From positions 16,308,001 to 16,372,000 of the forward strand of contig NC_058368.1 of NCBI RefSeq assembly GCF_018350175.1: a DNA stretch of 64,000 nt. The letters are read 5' to 3'. Both the position numbers and the translations under genes were made by a program. The notes under the pieces were generated by a model. It saw only the letters and a list, made by a program, of their open reading frames with translations, was not told the DNA's origin and ran no database searches. This document shows, in pieces, positions 62,271 to 64,000 of the stretch; position 1 is the first letter of the stretch; each line of letters begins with the position of its first letter. The stretch comes from Felis catus. Taxonomy: Eukaryota.

Positions 62271-64000
62271 TTTTCATTAACAATGTCATCGAAAAAGAAT
62301 AAAGCACTTGGGAATAAATTTAATAAATGAAGTGCAAAACGTATACTCTGGAAACTGTAAAACATTGTTGAAAGAAATTAAAGAAGATTTAAAAAAATGG
62401 GAGGGGTGCCTGGGTGGCTCAGGACGTTAAGTGTCTGACTTCGGCTCAGGTCATGATCTCATAGCTCGTGGGTTGAATACCCACGTTGGGCTCAGAGCCT
62501 GGAGCCTGCTTCAGATTCTGTGACTCCAGCTCTCTCTATACCCCTCCCCTGCTCACTCTCTGTCTCTGTCTCTCAAAAATAAAAAAAAAACATTAAACAA
62601 ACAAATAAATAAGAAAGCATCCCATGTTCATAAATCAGAAGATATCACATTCTTAACATGACAATACTCTCTGAACTGACGTATAGATTCAATGAAATTG
62701 CTATTAGAATCCTAGGTAATTCCTTTTTGAAATTGAAAAGTTGATTCTGAAATTCATATGCATTTGCAAAGGACTCAGAATATCCAAAACAATGTTGAAA
62801 AAGAAGAATAAAGTAAGAAGAGTCATATTCTCTGATTCCAAAACTACTACAAAGCAATAATAATCAAGGCAGTGTGGTAATAGTAGAAAGAGAAATATAT
62901 AACTCAATGAAAAGGAATTGAGAGTCAAGAAATAAGTCCACAAATATATCTTTGGTCAACTGACATTTGACAAGGGTGCCAAGACCTTCCAATGGGGAAA
63001 GAATTGTCTTTTCAATAAACCACGTAGAGGCAAGTGGATTGTCACTTGCAAAAGAATGAAGTTGAACCTTTACTTCATTGCATATTCAAAAACTAAATCA
63101 AAATGGAGTAAAGACCTAAATATGAAAGCTAGATTATAAAACTTTCACAAGAAAACATTTGGCTAAATATTCATGACATCGAAAAAGCATTCTTAGATAC
63201 GACAGTAAAAGCATAAGTAACAAAAGAGGAATAGATTAAATTAGACTTCATCAAAATTAAAAACTTGTGCTTCACAAAATACCATGAAGAATCCACAGAC
63301 AGGGAGACAAATTGCAACTGATATATATGATAAGGGATTTGCATCAATGATACATAAAGAACCCTTAAAATGTAATAATAAAACATAAATAACCCAATTA
63401 AGAATGGGCAAAGGATCCGAAGCGATATTTCTCCAAGGAAATTATACAAGTGGCCAATAAGCACATGAAAAGATTCTCAACACCATTAGTTATCAGGGAA
63501 GTGCAAATCAAAACTGCATGAGGTATCACTTCACACCTGCTAGGATGGCCAGAATAAAAAATTCAGAAAAAAAGTGTTAGGATATGGAGAGATTGGGATT
63601 CTCATATGCTGCTGGTGGGAATGTAAAATGGGGCAGTAGCTGTGGAAAACAGTCTGGCAGTTCTTCAAATGATTAAACACAGATTTACCATATGACCAGT
63701 AATTCCACTCCTAGGTATTTACTCAAGAGAAATGAAAATGTATGTCCACAGAAAACCTTGAATCTGAAAGTTTATGGCAGCATTATTCACAATAGCTGAA
63801 AGGTGGAAACAAACCAAATATCCACCAACAGACAAATGGATAAACAAAATATGGTGTTTACATACCGTGGGTTTTTACTTGGTCATACAAAGAAATGAAG
63901 TGCTGATACGTGTTACAACATGGATGAACCTCGAAAATATGCCAACTGAAAGAAGTCACAAAATATCACATATATGATCCAATTCATATGAAAATCCAGA
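62271..64000 (+). mobile_element. Old L1 (L1M-type) ORF2 3' region, running off the window, interrupted by a Can-SINE
   Basis: Degenerate ORF2 3' sequence (TTTGACAAGGGTGCCAAGACC, GCTGGTGGGAATGTAAAATGG; ORF 63774 AALFTIAERWKQTKYP). Confidence 0.9.
62403..62610 (+). mobile_element. Can-SINE with internal deletion
   Basis: Head, CT tract and A tail; lacks the TGTGCTGACAG segment. Confidence 0.92.

Overview
Mammalian genomic DNA, almost certainly from a felid (22 Can-SINE/SINEC copies, several of the young SINEC_Fc type, plus felid-like LINE-1s). The left half carries periostin (POSTN) on the minus strand: TATA box at 31474-31481, ATG at 31408 and coding exons 1-21 (2431 nt). All splice sites are GT-AG, the frame is open throughout, and exon sizes agree with my recollection of human POSTN. 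Exons 22-23 lie off the left edge. The right half is about 32 kb of upstream intergenic DNA with a full-length but inactivated L1 (43133-50658), truncated L1s, SINEs and old LTR/DNA-transposon relics. I found no evidence of a wholly new biological system. The best leads are (i) splicing features around the cassette exons 17-21: a duplicated exon-20 end giving a second, stop-containing donor, QKI-type motifs downstream of exons 17 and 21, and an antisense young SINE next to exon 19; (ii) a near-abutting inverted SINE pair in intron 9; (iii) two 3' transductions and a target site hit twice; and (iv) a Sp1/CTCF/NRF1/YY1 motif cassette carried in by the L1. All coordinates and identities were read by eye, and repeat subfamily names are from recall, not from a search.
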